Part shown: positions 54,485 to 61,960 of the stretch, piece by piece
How the letters are laid out: each line of letters begins with the position of its first letter
Numbering within the stretch: position 1 is the first letter of the stretch
Assembly (NCBI GenBank): GCA_020638555.1
Contig: JACKII010000006.1
Location: 137,140-201,139 of the forward strand
Origin: Alphaproteobacteria bacterium
GTDB taxonomy: Bacteria > Pseudomonadota > Alphaproteobacteria > Bin95
Reading direction: 5' to 3'
Length of the DNA stretch: 64,000 nucleotides
Position numbers and translations under genes: made by a program
The notes under the pieces: model-generated
Seen by the model: only the letters and a program-made list of their open reading frames with translations
Told to the model about the DNA's origin: nothing
Databases searched by the model: none

Positions 54485-54574
54485 GGATGGGTGGCAGAGT
54501 GGTTGATTGCACCGGTCTTGAAAACCGGCGTGCGTGCAAGCGTACCGTGGGTTCGAATCCCACCCCATCCGCCA
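54485..54574 (+). tRNA. tRNA-Ser (anticodon UGA)
   Basis: 90 nt: GGATGGGTGGCAGAGTGGTTGATTGCACCGGTCTTGAAAACCGGCGTGCGTGCAAGCGTACCGTGGGTTCGAATCCCACCCCATCCGCCA. Acceptor GGATGGG/CCCATCC, anticodon stem CCGGT/ACCGG with loop CTTGAAA, a long variable arm, and encoded CCA. Confidence 0.93.
54561..54574 (+). repeat. attL core (3' end of tRNA-Ser)
   Basis: CACCCCATCCGCCA, identical to 63387..63400. Confidence 0.8.
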
Positions 54575-54685
54575 GATTTCGCATGTATCTCATTGAAATA
54601 ACGCGATTTGGCTTAGGTCTGTCCGCCATTTCTTCCCCCAGAATTGCGCCCGATCAGGCGCCCCGTTGCTTATCGGTCGCGACGG

Positions 54686-55186
54686 CTAGTTGGTAACGGC
54701 TTGGTTGGGTGCGGCTTCTGCATCGGGTGCCACGTCGGCCGAATAATCCGCCAACGCCTGGAGCCGCACCGCCGCATTGGCGGCGCTCCGCAGGATCAAA
54801 AAGTGATCGTTGCGGATGGAGCCTTTGAGGCGGTCACACATCGGAGCCAAGAGGACCGCTGCGACCTCTGCGTCTTCCGATATGGACGCCATGGCGTTCT
54901 CGAATTCGGTCAATCGGTTGAACGCATTGGCTTTGGACTCTGCGTCGGCTGCAAGAGTGTTGCTGGCCTCGGTCCCGATCCGCTTAAAGGCTTCGCTTGC
55001 GGCGCTCAACTGTAGGTCCGTCGCCCGGTCGATGCGGCCGGGTGCGTCCATGATATGCCCCAGTATGAGCACGCCAAGTGCGGCTTCTACTCTGGCCTCG
55101 CCAGAACGTATCTTGAGGCGGTCGACGGCCGGTCCCCAATCACTGGGCTGCGATGCGGTCCCCATGTTGGTGTTTGTGTAGGGCAT
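54686..55186 (-). CDS. Hypothetical protein (166 aa, helical, no recognised domain)
   Basis: ORF with ATG 55186, divergent from the XRE gene across a 50-nt spacer. No motif that I recognise. Confidence 0.55.
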   Translation of the reverse strand: MPYTNTNMGTASQPSDWGPAVDRLKIRSGEARVEAALGVLILGHIMDAPGRIDRATDLQLSAASEAFKRIGTEASNTLAADAESKANAFNRLTEFENAMASISEDAEVAAVLLAPMCDRLKGSIRNDHFLILRSAANAAVRLQALADYSADVAPDAEAAPNQAVTN

Positions 55187-55217
55187 TGTCTCGGACTCCT
55201 GTTATGGATATGCTTCC

Positions 55218-55234
55218 GTCACTCTCAAGGTGAC
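55218..55234. promoter_or_regulatory. Palindrome GTCAC-N7-GTGAC (candidate operator) abutting the XRE gene start
   Basis: GTCACTCTCAAGGTGAC at 55218..55234 lies 2 nt before ATG 55237, within the 50-nt divergent spacer. Confidence 0.35.
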
Positions 55235-55236
55235 AT

Positions 55237-55485
55237 ATGAACAATAGCCGCAATCGAGACATGGTGACAAGTGCACAAATTCGAGCCGCACGCGGGCTCC
55301 TAGCCTGGACTGTCCGCGACCTTGCCGAAAAGGCGGGGGTGCACCGGAACACGGTGACACGCATCGAGACGGAGGCCACGTCGCCAGGCCATGCCCTCGC
55401 CTCGATCCGAGCCGCGCTTGAGGCCGGCGGCGTGGTGTTTCTGGACGCGAACGGGAACGGCCCCGGCGTGGCGCTGAGGCGCTGA
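55237..55485 (+). CDS. XRE-family helix-turn-helix transcriptional regulator
   Basis: 82 aa. SAQIRAARGLLAWTVRDLAEKAGVHRNTVTRIE is a classic HTH_XRE. Confidence 0.85.
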   Translation: MNNSRNRDMVTSAQIRAARGLLAWTVRDLAEKAGVHRNTVTRIETEATSPGHALASIRAALEAGGVVFLDANGNGPGVALRR

Positions 55486-55539
55486 GCCAGCCCCGGACGG
55501 GTGCACCATCAACCAGTTCGACAGAGAGGACCGCAGCCG

Positions 55540-55689
55540 ATGACGATCAACCAATTCCGCGGCCTGCTGTACCGTATCGCGAAATACAGCGGAGACATGC
55601 AGGCCCTGACCAGCAAGCGCCCCGGCGCGGTCCAGCGCAGGATCTGGCGCCGCATCCTCGGCAAGCTGCTTGGCCGGGCGTGGCGCTGA
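55540..55689 (+). CDS. Small basic hypothetical protein (49 aa)
   Basis: Within ORF 55501..55689. ATG 55540 (MTINQFRGLLYRIAKYSGDMQALTSKRPGAVQRRIWRRILGKLLGRAWR) has a GAGAGGA RBS. Coding status is uncertain. Confidence 0.4.
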   Translation: MTINQFRGLLYRIAKYSGDMQALTSKRPGAVQRRIWRRILGKLLGRAWR

Positions 55690-55946
55690 GGCGCTGAACG
55701 ACGGTCTTCCCCTTTGGCGTGCCGCGTCGGCGGTGAGCCGGGCGACACCCTTGGACCACTGCCGGGAAAACCATTCCAATTTTGGCATGCGCAAAAGTTT
55801 TGCCCCCCGCCGGTCCTGGCGCGGATCGCGGTAGACTTTCGACCACCCCCCACCGCCGCCGGGCGTGATCCTGGCGGGCACGCGCCTGAAATCGGGGCGC
55901 CCGTGTGAGCCGGTGGGAGGGGGGTATCTGATCTCTCGACCACCCT

Positions 55947-57323
55947 TCAAGGACCGGCGGGTCCCGACATTATGCAAAAGCGTAAGAAAACGAAGCTGCA
56001 AAAAAACCCGCCGGCAATTTTCGTACCGGCGGGCCTTGCTTTGACGTGCTGGCGGGGCCGGAGCCCCGCCCGCTCGCCTGGGTTATCCGTGACGGCGGTC
56101 ACGGTGTAGAACGCGCCGGATGCGCCACGGCCACATCGGCCCGCAGGGACGCAACGAAAGCGTATTGATGATTGGCTGCATAGGTCTCGCAACAGTTCGA
56201 CCTGAAGCCCTGTCCGCATGCCGATCATCAAGTGCTGGAAATTGCCGGCGAAGATCGTGGATCTGTCTGAGCTGGTGCCGCCATCGGTCGGAACGGCCGT
56301 GGTGGTCAACTGTGGGATCGCGCTCAGCGCTGCCGGGGCCATGAGCGGCTGGCCGGTCGAGTCCGTGAGGCCGGCCAGGGTGCCCTCATCGCGCGGGTGC
56401 AGGATCGCGGCTGTTACCGGTCCCGCATTCGCGGTCAGGATGGCCGTGCGACCGGCCAGCAGCGGCCCATAGTTGGCCAGGTCGGCGCCCAGCGCCGCCG
56501 TGCCGATGCCCGAGGTATTGGCGATGCCTCTCGGCTCGGGCGCGGTGCCGGAGCCCAGCAGCGCCACCCGGTCGAGTTCCGTCGCCAGGGCCGCGGCCAG
56601 AAGCTGCGGCAGTGCGGTTTCGAGGTTCAACGAGTCCTCGATCAGCTCGCGGCTGACCTTGACCAGAACCGCCAGGCTGCGCGGGGTGAAGACGACAGCG
56701 CGAAACGTCGGGTCGCTCTCCGCAACCGCGGCATTTTCAGAGCGCCAGGCCGGCGCCGGATCGCTGGCCACCGCCGCGATGGAGTTCGTGGCGCTGGTCA
56801 GCGGCACGGTGCGGGCGCCGGCCTGGACGGTCACGCTCGCCGCCCGAAGATTGTCGAGCAGTTCCGCCGAAACAACCGCCGGAACGCTGTAGCCGCCGGC
56901 GGAATCGCTGCCCTCGGCAAGCGCGCGCCGCTCGGTCTCGGTTTTTCCTCCGAGGATCATCGACCGCAAATAGGCGCCGGCGCTCAGGCCGCGATAGGGG
57001 TCGGGCTGGTGCTTCGCCGCCCAGTCGAGCATGCGCTGTTCCGGCGCCAGGCCGAAGGGCGGCGCAGCACCGCGCTCCCACACGCCGCCGCCGGCGCTGC
57101 CGCCGTCATCCTCGCCGCCGGTCACGTCGGCATAGGGCGGCCGGCGCATTTTCGACAGATCGGCCGAGAGCCGGTCGCGCTCGGCCATCGCGGCATCAAA
57201 CCGGGCCTCGATTTCGGCCGCGCGTTCCTTGGTCGTCGCGGCCTGGCCCATTTCATCGGTCAGGGCTCGGCATTCGGTGTCGAGCGCCTGGATATGGTCG
57301 ACGATTTTTTTTTCGTCGGTCAT
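55947..57323 (-). CDS. HK97-fold phage major capsid protein with frame-disrupted 3' end (possible pseudogene or indel error)
   Basis: ORF 55947..57590; preferred start is ATG 57323 (MTDEKKIVDHIQALDTECRAL, a coiled-coil delta-like N-terminus). The capsid core reads GGYSVPAVVSAELLDNLRAASV ... LAVLVKVSRELIEDS ... HPRDEGTLAGLTDSTGQPL ... MIGMRTGLQVELLRD. After ~56185 the conserved tail YAANHQYAFVASLRADVAVAHPA is readable only in the +1 frame. The track frame runs on through a terminator hairpin. Confidence 0.8.
   Translation of the reverse strand: MTDEKKIVDHIQALDTECRALTDEMGQAATTKERAAEIEARFDAAMAERDRLSADLSKMRRPPYADVTGGEDDGGSAGGGVWERGAAPPFGLAPEQRMLDWAAKHQPDPYRGLSAGAYLRSMILGGKTETERRALAEGSDSAGGYSVPAVVSAELLDNLRAASVTVQAGARTVPLTSATNSIAAVASDPAPAWRSENAAVAESDPTFRAVVFTPRSLAVLVKVSRELIEDSLNLETALPQLLAAALATELDRVALLGSGTAPEPRGIANTSGIGTAALGADLANYGPLLAGRTAILTANAGPVTAAILHPRDEGTLAGLTDSTGQPLMAPAALSAIPQLTTTAVPTDGGTSSDRSTIFAGNFQHLMIGMRTGLQVELLRDLCSQSSIRFRCVPAGRCGRGASGAFYTVTAVTDNPGERAGLRPRQHVKARPAGTKIAGGFFCSFVFLRFCIMSGPAGP
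56000..56033 (-). terminator. Rho-independent terminator downstream of the capsid gene
   Basis: Minus strand reads CCCGCCGG-11 nt loop-CCGGCGGG followed by T7 (plus-strand A-tract 56000..56006; stems at 56007..56014 and 56026..56033). Confidence 0.75.
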
Positions 57324-57456
57324 GTGATGTGCTCCATGCCGCCCCTTTGGCGGCGTTCGGAGTTGATCAGCTTCCGGCTTTCGCCTTCGGCCTACCTCCC
57401 GAAATTCGGCGTGTCGGGGTGTCACGCTATGCCCCGAGGGGCATTCCATGTGCCGG

Positions 57457-57807
57457 TCAGCAGCGGCCGGCGGGTGTTTCATCGATCGCCGCGGCCATCG
57501 CCACCAGCGCCTTGGCTGCCGCGGGGCCTTTGACCTTCGCGTAAAGCTGCAAGCCGGAGACAAGCCAGGCGGTGACGAAGACTTCGGCATCTCCGCCGGC
57601 TGCGTCTGCTGCCTTCACGGCATCCGCCCAAAGTTCGCGTGCAATCCGAATTTGTTCATGATCTGCATTATACATGAGCTTTGCTCGTATTCCTATGACG
57701 TGGTGGTGTGTTGCGCCGGCATCGGTGGTCAGTCGGCCGGCGGCGTGCATGCGCGCCTCTGCCGCCGACGCTCGGGCTGGCGTCCGGCACATCGCCAGCG
57801 CTGCCAT
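57457..57807 (-). CDS. Hypothetical protein (116 aa; alternative 72-aa form from ATG 57675)
   Basis: ORF between the iteron array and the capsid gene. The C-terminal part MYNADHEQIRIARELWADAVKAADAAGGDAEVFVTAWLVSGLQLYAKV looks protein-like. RBSs for both starts are weak. Confidence 0.45.
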   Translation of the reverse strand: MAALAMCRTPARASAAEARMHAAGRLTTDAGATHHHVIGIRAKLMYNADHEQIRIARELWADAVKAADAAGGDAEVFVTAWLVSGLQLYAKVKGPAAAKALVAMAAAIDETPAGRC

Positions 57808-57877
57808 TTCCGCTTGATCGCGGGGTTGCCCGCCATCGCGTGCCGGCCCGGCTGGGTTTGGTCCATGTGATTTCCTG

Positions 57878-58069
57878 TGGGACCAGTGGGACAGGTGGGA
57901 CCGGGTTGTTTTTGCTGGTAGATTCCAGTCCCACTATGTGCGGCCCGTGTGGGACAGGTGGGACCGGTCGAGGGCATGTGGTCCCACATGTCCCACCGCC
58001 ATGGACCACTGTGGGACCGAGAAAACCACGCAATATCAACGTGGTCCCACCTGTCCCACCTGTCCCACC
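57878..58069. repeat. Iteron array of 12 GTGGGAC heptamers (6 forward, 6 reverse); candidate replication origin/initiator-binding region of the element
   Basis: Forward copies at 57878, 57887, 57896, 57950, 57959 and 58012. Reverse copies (GTCCCAC) at 57929, 57982, 57991, 58045, 58054 and 58063. Spacing within clusters is 9 bp. All six forward/reverse pairs are mirror-positioned about 57973.5. Confidence 0.8.
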
Positions 58070-58089
58070 GATATTCGCGGGTGGCAGTG

Positions 58090-59820
58090 TCAGTCATCAC
58101 CCGCACCCATGATCGAGGCCGTGACCGCATAGGCGCGGGGCCGGCCATGCTTGAGGCTCATGCGACGGGTGAGGTGTCGCCCATCGCCTCCTTCGAGGTA
58201 GCCGGCGTCATGAAGATATCGCGCCGCCCGCTGTGGATCGGCGCCGCGGTGAACCTCGCGCCAGGCGTCGGCGGCGACGTAATAGGTTTCTCCCTCGCGC
58301 CACCCGGCCCGGTTCGGGATCGCGGGCCGCGGGTCGCCGCCGGGGTCCAGTCGCTCAAAGCGCGCATCGCCATGGGTGACCAGGAACGCGCGCACGCGCT
58401 CGATGGCCTCGCGGGCTTCGGCCGGCCCGGCACCGCCGCGGCCGTCGATCCACAGGCCGAGAATATGCATTGCAGCGTCATGCGCCGCCCCTCGTGGCCA
58501 CCCCGTGAGATCGAAGATGGTCGCCAGTTCTCCGGCGGCGGCGATCAGGCCCAGGCGAGCGGCGGCCCGCTGTGTCTGACCATCTGCCTCGACGCCATGC
58601 AATTCCACCGCGTCACGGCGAAACGTCTCCATCGCCTCGCGGGCCGTCGCTTTCGCCGCCTCGGGGTCGTCGAGAAATTTCGCGACGAATGCCGGCCCGG
58701 CCGTGCCGTGGGCAGTGGCGGTTGTCGCCCGAACGCGGTCGGCAAATGCTGCAGCGCTCTCCGAGCCATGCAGATGGTCGAATGCGCCATGTTGGCCGGC
58801 GTCGGCCGACACATCGAGAAGGCGCACATGCTGCCCGGCATGGGTGCGGCCGCCGGCCTCCGCGATCTTGTCTGCCAGACAAATTTCGCCACTGGACAAG
58901 ATCATCGTGCGCCATCGCTTTTGCGGCCGGGCTGCGCCCGTTCGATCCGCCCGCGCTTTGCCGATGCCGTTGGCGATCATATAGGCCGCTTGTGCCGCCT
59001 CTCGGCCGGAGACTTCGCCCATTTCGTCCAGGGCCAGCACCGAGCCGTTGCAGGCCGTCGCCAGGGCCTCCAGGCCGTTGGCGGTCGCCCGCCAGCTTTG
59101 CAGGAAAGCGGGGCCGCCCCAGACCGACGCCGCCGCCCGCTGGATCGTGCTCTTGCCGCTGCTCGATGCGCCGCGAAGATGCAGGCCGCCGCCATCGAGG
59201 CCAAGCGGTTCGAGCAGCGGCCCGGCGAGGGCGAGCGAGACGGCGGCGACCATCAGCGGATTGCCGACGCAGAGCGCCGCGACCTGGCCGCGCCAGTCCG
59301 CGAGATCACCGGCCGCCACCATAGCCGTCGCGGCGCTGCTGATCGTCTCGGCCTGAAACACGGCGCGCTCGTCGCCGATCACCTCGCCACTGCCGAGAAC
59401 GAAGCTGCGGCAGGTCTCGTCGGACCATCCCAGCCGGTCGACCGATAGGGCGCGGTCCTTGGGCCGCCAGCGCTGTAGCAGGTCGGCGAGCGCATATCGG
59501 GCGGCCGGGCCAGGCGCGATGTAAAGCCCAAGGTCCAGCAGCTTGGCGCGCAGTTCGGCGCCGTCGCCCGCGAACATGCGTGCGGGGATCGCCCAAACAT
59601 GGGCATTGCCGTCCGAGTCGATGACTTCCACCAGCCGGCCCCATCCCGCGCCGGATCGGTCGCGGGTCAGGGCCAGAACGTGAAGTTCCGAGCAAACAAG
59701 GGGGGCGCGGCGGTTGCCTTCATCATCTTCGACGATACGATGAATGTCGCCGTTCGGTCGCGCCTCGAAGCCAGTGGGCAGTGGCGAAAAATTGATCCTG
59801 GTCACGTTGGATGCCGTCAT
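58090..59820 (-). CDS. DUF927-type replicative helicase/ATPase (SF3-like, P4 alpha C-terminal-like)
   Basis: ORF 58090..60030. Preferred start is ATG 59820 (MTASNVTRINFSPL), forming an ATGA overlap with the primase stop. Walker A LRGASSSGKST and Walker B-like VLALDEMGE. Confidence 0.8.
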   Translation of the reverse strand: MTASNVTRINFSPLPTGFEARPNGDIHRIVEDDEGNRRAPLVCSELHVLALTRDRSGAGWGRLVEVIDSDGNAHVWAIPARMFAGDGAELRAKLLDLGLYIAPGPAARYALADLLQRWRPKDRALSVDRLGWSDETCRSFVLGSGEVIGDERAVFQAETISSAATAMVAAGDLADWRGQVAALCVGNPLMVAAVSLALAGPLLEPLGLDGGGLHLRGASSSGKSTIQRAAASVWGGPAFLQSWRATANGLEALATACNGSVLALDEMGEVSGREAAQAAYMIANGIGKARADRTGAARPQKRWRTMILSSGEICLADKIAEAGGRTHAGQHVRLLDVSADAGQHGAFDHLHGSESAAAFADRVRATTATAHGTAGPAFVAKFLDDPEAAKATAREAMETFRRDAVELHGVEADGQTQRAAARLGLIAAAGELATIFDLTGWPRGAAHDAAMHILGLWIDGRGGAGPAEAREAIERVRAFLVTHGDARFERLDPGGDPRPAIPNRAGWREGETYYVAADAWREVHRGADPQRAARYLHDAGYLEGGDGRHLTRRMSLKHGRPRAYAVTASIMGAGDD

Positions 59821-60725
59821 GCCGCCACCTCGCGGCGGAGCAGGTCGTTGAAGTCCGATCCGGCAGGCGGTTGCAGCAGCGTCACCTCCCAGGCCCAGCC
59901 GTGCGCACGGTCCGCCAGGGCGTAGGCCGCGCGCCGGCCGGCCTGATCGCGATCCAACGCGACGACCAGGCGACCAGGAGTCCTCGGCAGTTTCACCTGC
60001 TTCATGTTGGAGCTGCTGATCGCTGCCCAAATCCGAGCGTCGGGCTCGACGAAGCCGCCGGGAATAGCAGACAGGGCGGTTTCGATGCCTTCGGCGATGA
60101 CCAACGGTCCGCGCCCAACGGTCAGGCGCACGGCGCCTCCGCGGACCGGGCCAAGCGCTCGCTTCTGGTCATTGCTGCCCACAGGCGCTTTGCCGGTGCC
60201 GTCGCGGTCCAGATAGATGCGGTGGACCGCAAAGCCATCGCCGCCCTGGACCAGCGCGACGACGGCGGGCCAGCACATTTTCGACGGCGTGTGCCAGCAG
60301 GCCGACAGGTATCGAAGCGTGCCGGGCAATTCGCAGTCGATGCCGCGAGTTCGCAGATATCGCTCGCCCAACGTGCCATGGATCGGCCTGGCCTCACGCC
60401 AGATGCGTTCGGCGAAGCGTGAACTCTCTGCCCGGACGGCCTGGCGCTCGGCGTTGAGTTGGGCGACCGCCACCGGGTCGGGTGCTGCATGCGAGCCCGG
60501 CGCGACGCCAGCCGCCGCCAGGACATCGCGGAAGGTGCACTGGCTTTTCTTGCAGTGCAACAACAGCCGGCCACGGCTATCGGCCAAGGTCAGGGCGTTT
60601 TGATCGCGGCGCCGCTCCGGCTGGCAGACGGGGCAAGGGCAGGTGCCGTAGTGGCCGTACCAGCGGCCGCCCAGCGCCTTGGTCAGGGATTGGGCGTCGG
60701 CTCGTTCGAGAATGGCGGTGGTCAT
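59817..60725 (-). CDS. Zinc-ribbon + Toprim domain DNA primase-like protein
   Basis: Zinc ribbon YGTCPCPVCQPERRRDQNALTLADSRGRLLLHCKKSQC. Toprim motifs PLVIAEGIETALS and VVALDRDQAGRRAA. Confidence 0.8.
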   Translation of the reverse strand: MTTAILERADAQSLTKALGGRWYGHYGTCPCPVCQPERRRDQNALTLADSRGRLLLHCKKSQCTFRDVLAAAGVAPGSHAAPDPVAVAQLNAERQAVRAESSRFAERIWREARPIHGTLGERYLRTRGIDCELPGTLRYLSACWHTPSKMCWPAVVALVQGGDGFAVHRIYLDRDGTGKAPVGSNDQKRALGPVRGGAVRLTVGRGPLVIAEGIETALSAIPGGFVEPDARIWAAISSSNMKQVKLPRTPGRLVVALDRDQAGRRAAYALADRAHGWAWEVTLLQPPAGSDFNDLLRREVAA

Positions 60726-60910
60726 CGGCCGCCCTCCCGATCCGTCGCGGATGTGGTGCCGCAGCCCGTCTCTAGCGCCATCGTCTCGTGGCTTGCATTT
60801 GTCACCACGGCCGCTACATTCAGGGCTTCCGCAGCAATCGCCCCCTCATGATTGCGTAGCCCCGCGCCGGTCTGACCACCGGCCGGGGCGTTTCTTTGTC
60901 CGCCTCCCAT
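60722..60910 (-). CDS. Small hypothetical protein (62 aa), doubtful
   Basis: ATG 60910 lies directly after the alpA stop, and the stop overlaps the primase start (ATGA). The sequence is Gly/Ala-rich, the RBS is weak, and no motif was recognised. Confidence 0.3.
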   Translation of the reverse strand: MGGGQRNAPAGGQTGAGLRNHEGAIAAEALNVAAVVTNASHETMALETGCGTTSATDREGGR

Positions 60911-60912
60911 GA

Positions 60913-61131
60913 TCAGGCTGCCTTGTCGGCTTCGCGGCTGGCGATCCACGCTTCAATGTCTTCGCGCCGCCACCCAATGGCGCGCGCACCGAGCTTGATG
61001 GGCGCAGGGAACTGCCCAGCCTTTACTTGGTCGTAAACCCAAGAGCGCCCCATGCCGATGGCGGCTAGCACCCGGGGAAAGCGCCAAACTTCATTGTGCA
61101 TTGTTAATGCCTCTCGCGTGTTAGTGGACAT
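60913..61131 (-). CDS. alpA: AlpA-family phage regulatory protein/excisionase (HTH_17)
   Basis: 72 aa. RFPRVLAAIGMGRSWVYDQVKAGQFPAPIKLGARAIGWRREDIEAWI is the AlpA/Xis-type winged HTH signature. Confidence 0.85.
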   Translation of the reverse strand: MSTNTREALTMHNEVWRFPRVLAAIGMGRSWVYDQVKAGQFPAPIKLGARAIGWRREDIEAWIASREADKAA

Positions 61132-61201
61132 GCGAAAGGTAGAAAGCCACCAATGGCAGCGACTAAGGCAAATTTCCGGAAAATTTAGCGCCGACCGCGA
61201 A

Positions 61202-61960
61202 TTATCCTAAGGTCTTCTCGGATCGTCCTCTGTGATATGGATTTTTTTTGTCGGCATCTGATTTTTCGTACCATTCAGTTACTTTGAGCACTAACCACTT
61301 CTGCAAAGCATTGTCTGTCGCATGTTTTTCTTGGTGCATAATTTCTTTAATATAGTCTCTCCGTTTTTCTGACTGTTTTCTTCGTGAACTGACGCTTTCA
61401 CTTCTGCCGGAATCGCTCCATCCGTATCTTTTCATTCCCAATAGAATTGACGGCTTGTATTTCGTTCGCCAATGCCATTCCTCTGTAAGAGCGCCTAAAG
61501 CAATAGCGAAATGCATCTGGCCCGCGCCCCCTGCATTCCTTCGCAGGTCCTCGATTGTTTCGATTGCCCTTGCCGCATACCACGGATCGGAGAACGGTTC
61601 CGAGAAGTTCCTCGCAAATTCGGTCACATGGGCGAAACCGAACCCACCTTCTTTGATCTTCTGAATGGGCGGGCAGTTTGGATCGCTGGTTTGCCACCAA
61701 GTGTTGCGGTCCTTGTATACCACACGCTCTTGCCCGTGCGGGAGGCCCGCCGCCTTCAATACCGAGTGGCACTCAGCCCAAAGCGCGTCGATCTCGCTCC
61801 AGATTGTTGCTAGGGCCAATTCTCTCGCCTCGAACGACTCTTTTACGATCCCCACCTTCTGTTGAATTGGCATGTCGTCCCAATCGGGCTCTTGCCAATG
61901 GCCCAAGCGGGTTAATTCATCGCCCCCCTTGTCGATCCATTCTCGTTTTTTATCAGTCAT
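61202..61960 (-). CDS. Hypothetical protein (252 aa), low-GC cargo gene translationally coupled to int
   Basis: ATG 61960..61958 overlaps the int stop (ATGA). The 3' half (61201..61500) is about 41% G+C by hand count. Trp/Lys-rich, with no recognised domain. Confidence 0.7.
   Translation of the reverse strand: MTDKKREWIDKGGDELTRLGHWQEPDWDDMPIQQKVGIVKESFEARELALATIWSEIDALWAECHSVLKAAGLPHGQERVVYKDRNTWWQTSDPNCPPIQKIKEGGFGFAHVTEFARNFSEPFSDPWYAARAIETIEDLRRNAGGAGQMHFAIALGALTEEWHWRTKYKPSILLGMKRYGWSDSGRSESVSSRRKQSEKRRDYIKEIMHQEKHATDNALQKWLVLKVTEWYEKSDADKKNPYHRGRSEKTLG

Noticed and set aside
55690-55946. Non-coding stretch between the 49-aa ORF and the capsid-gene terminator. I considered a cos/pac site or a small RNA.
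   Set aside because: I saw no repeats, no obvious cohesive-end-like motifs and no stable hairpins beyond the terminator, so nothing supports a specific call.
57878-58069. Possible CRISPR array.
   Set aside because: The units are 7 bp with 9-bp periodicity, occur in both orientations with dyad symmetry, and have no 25-40-bp spacers or cas genes.
57668-58148. Four overlapping ORFs across the iteron array giving repetitive peptides (WDRWDRWD, PTCPTGPT, GTGGTG).
   Set aside because: The periodic peptides are simply translations of the 9-bp-spaced GTGGGAC/GTCCCAC repeats in different frames. The region is better explained as a DNA-level protein-binding array.
58158-60603. Numerous Arg/Pro-rich ORFs on both strands inside the helicase and primase genes (for example 57949..59448, 58572..59324, 59811..60422, 60122..60574).
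   Set aside because: These are shadow or out-of-frame ORFs. The chosen frames contain Walker A/B, zinc-ribbon and Toprim motifs and are linked by ATGA overlaps.
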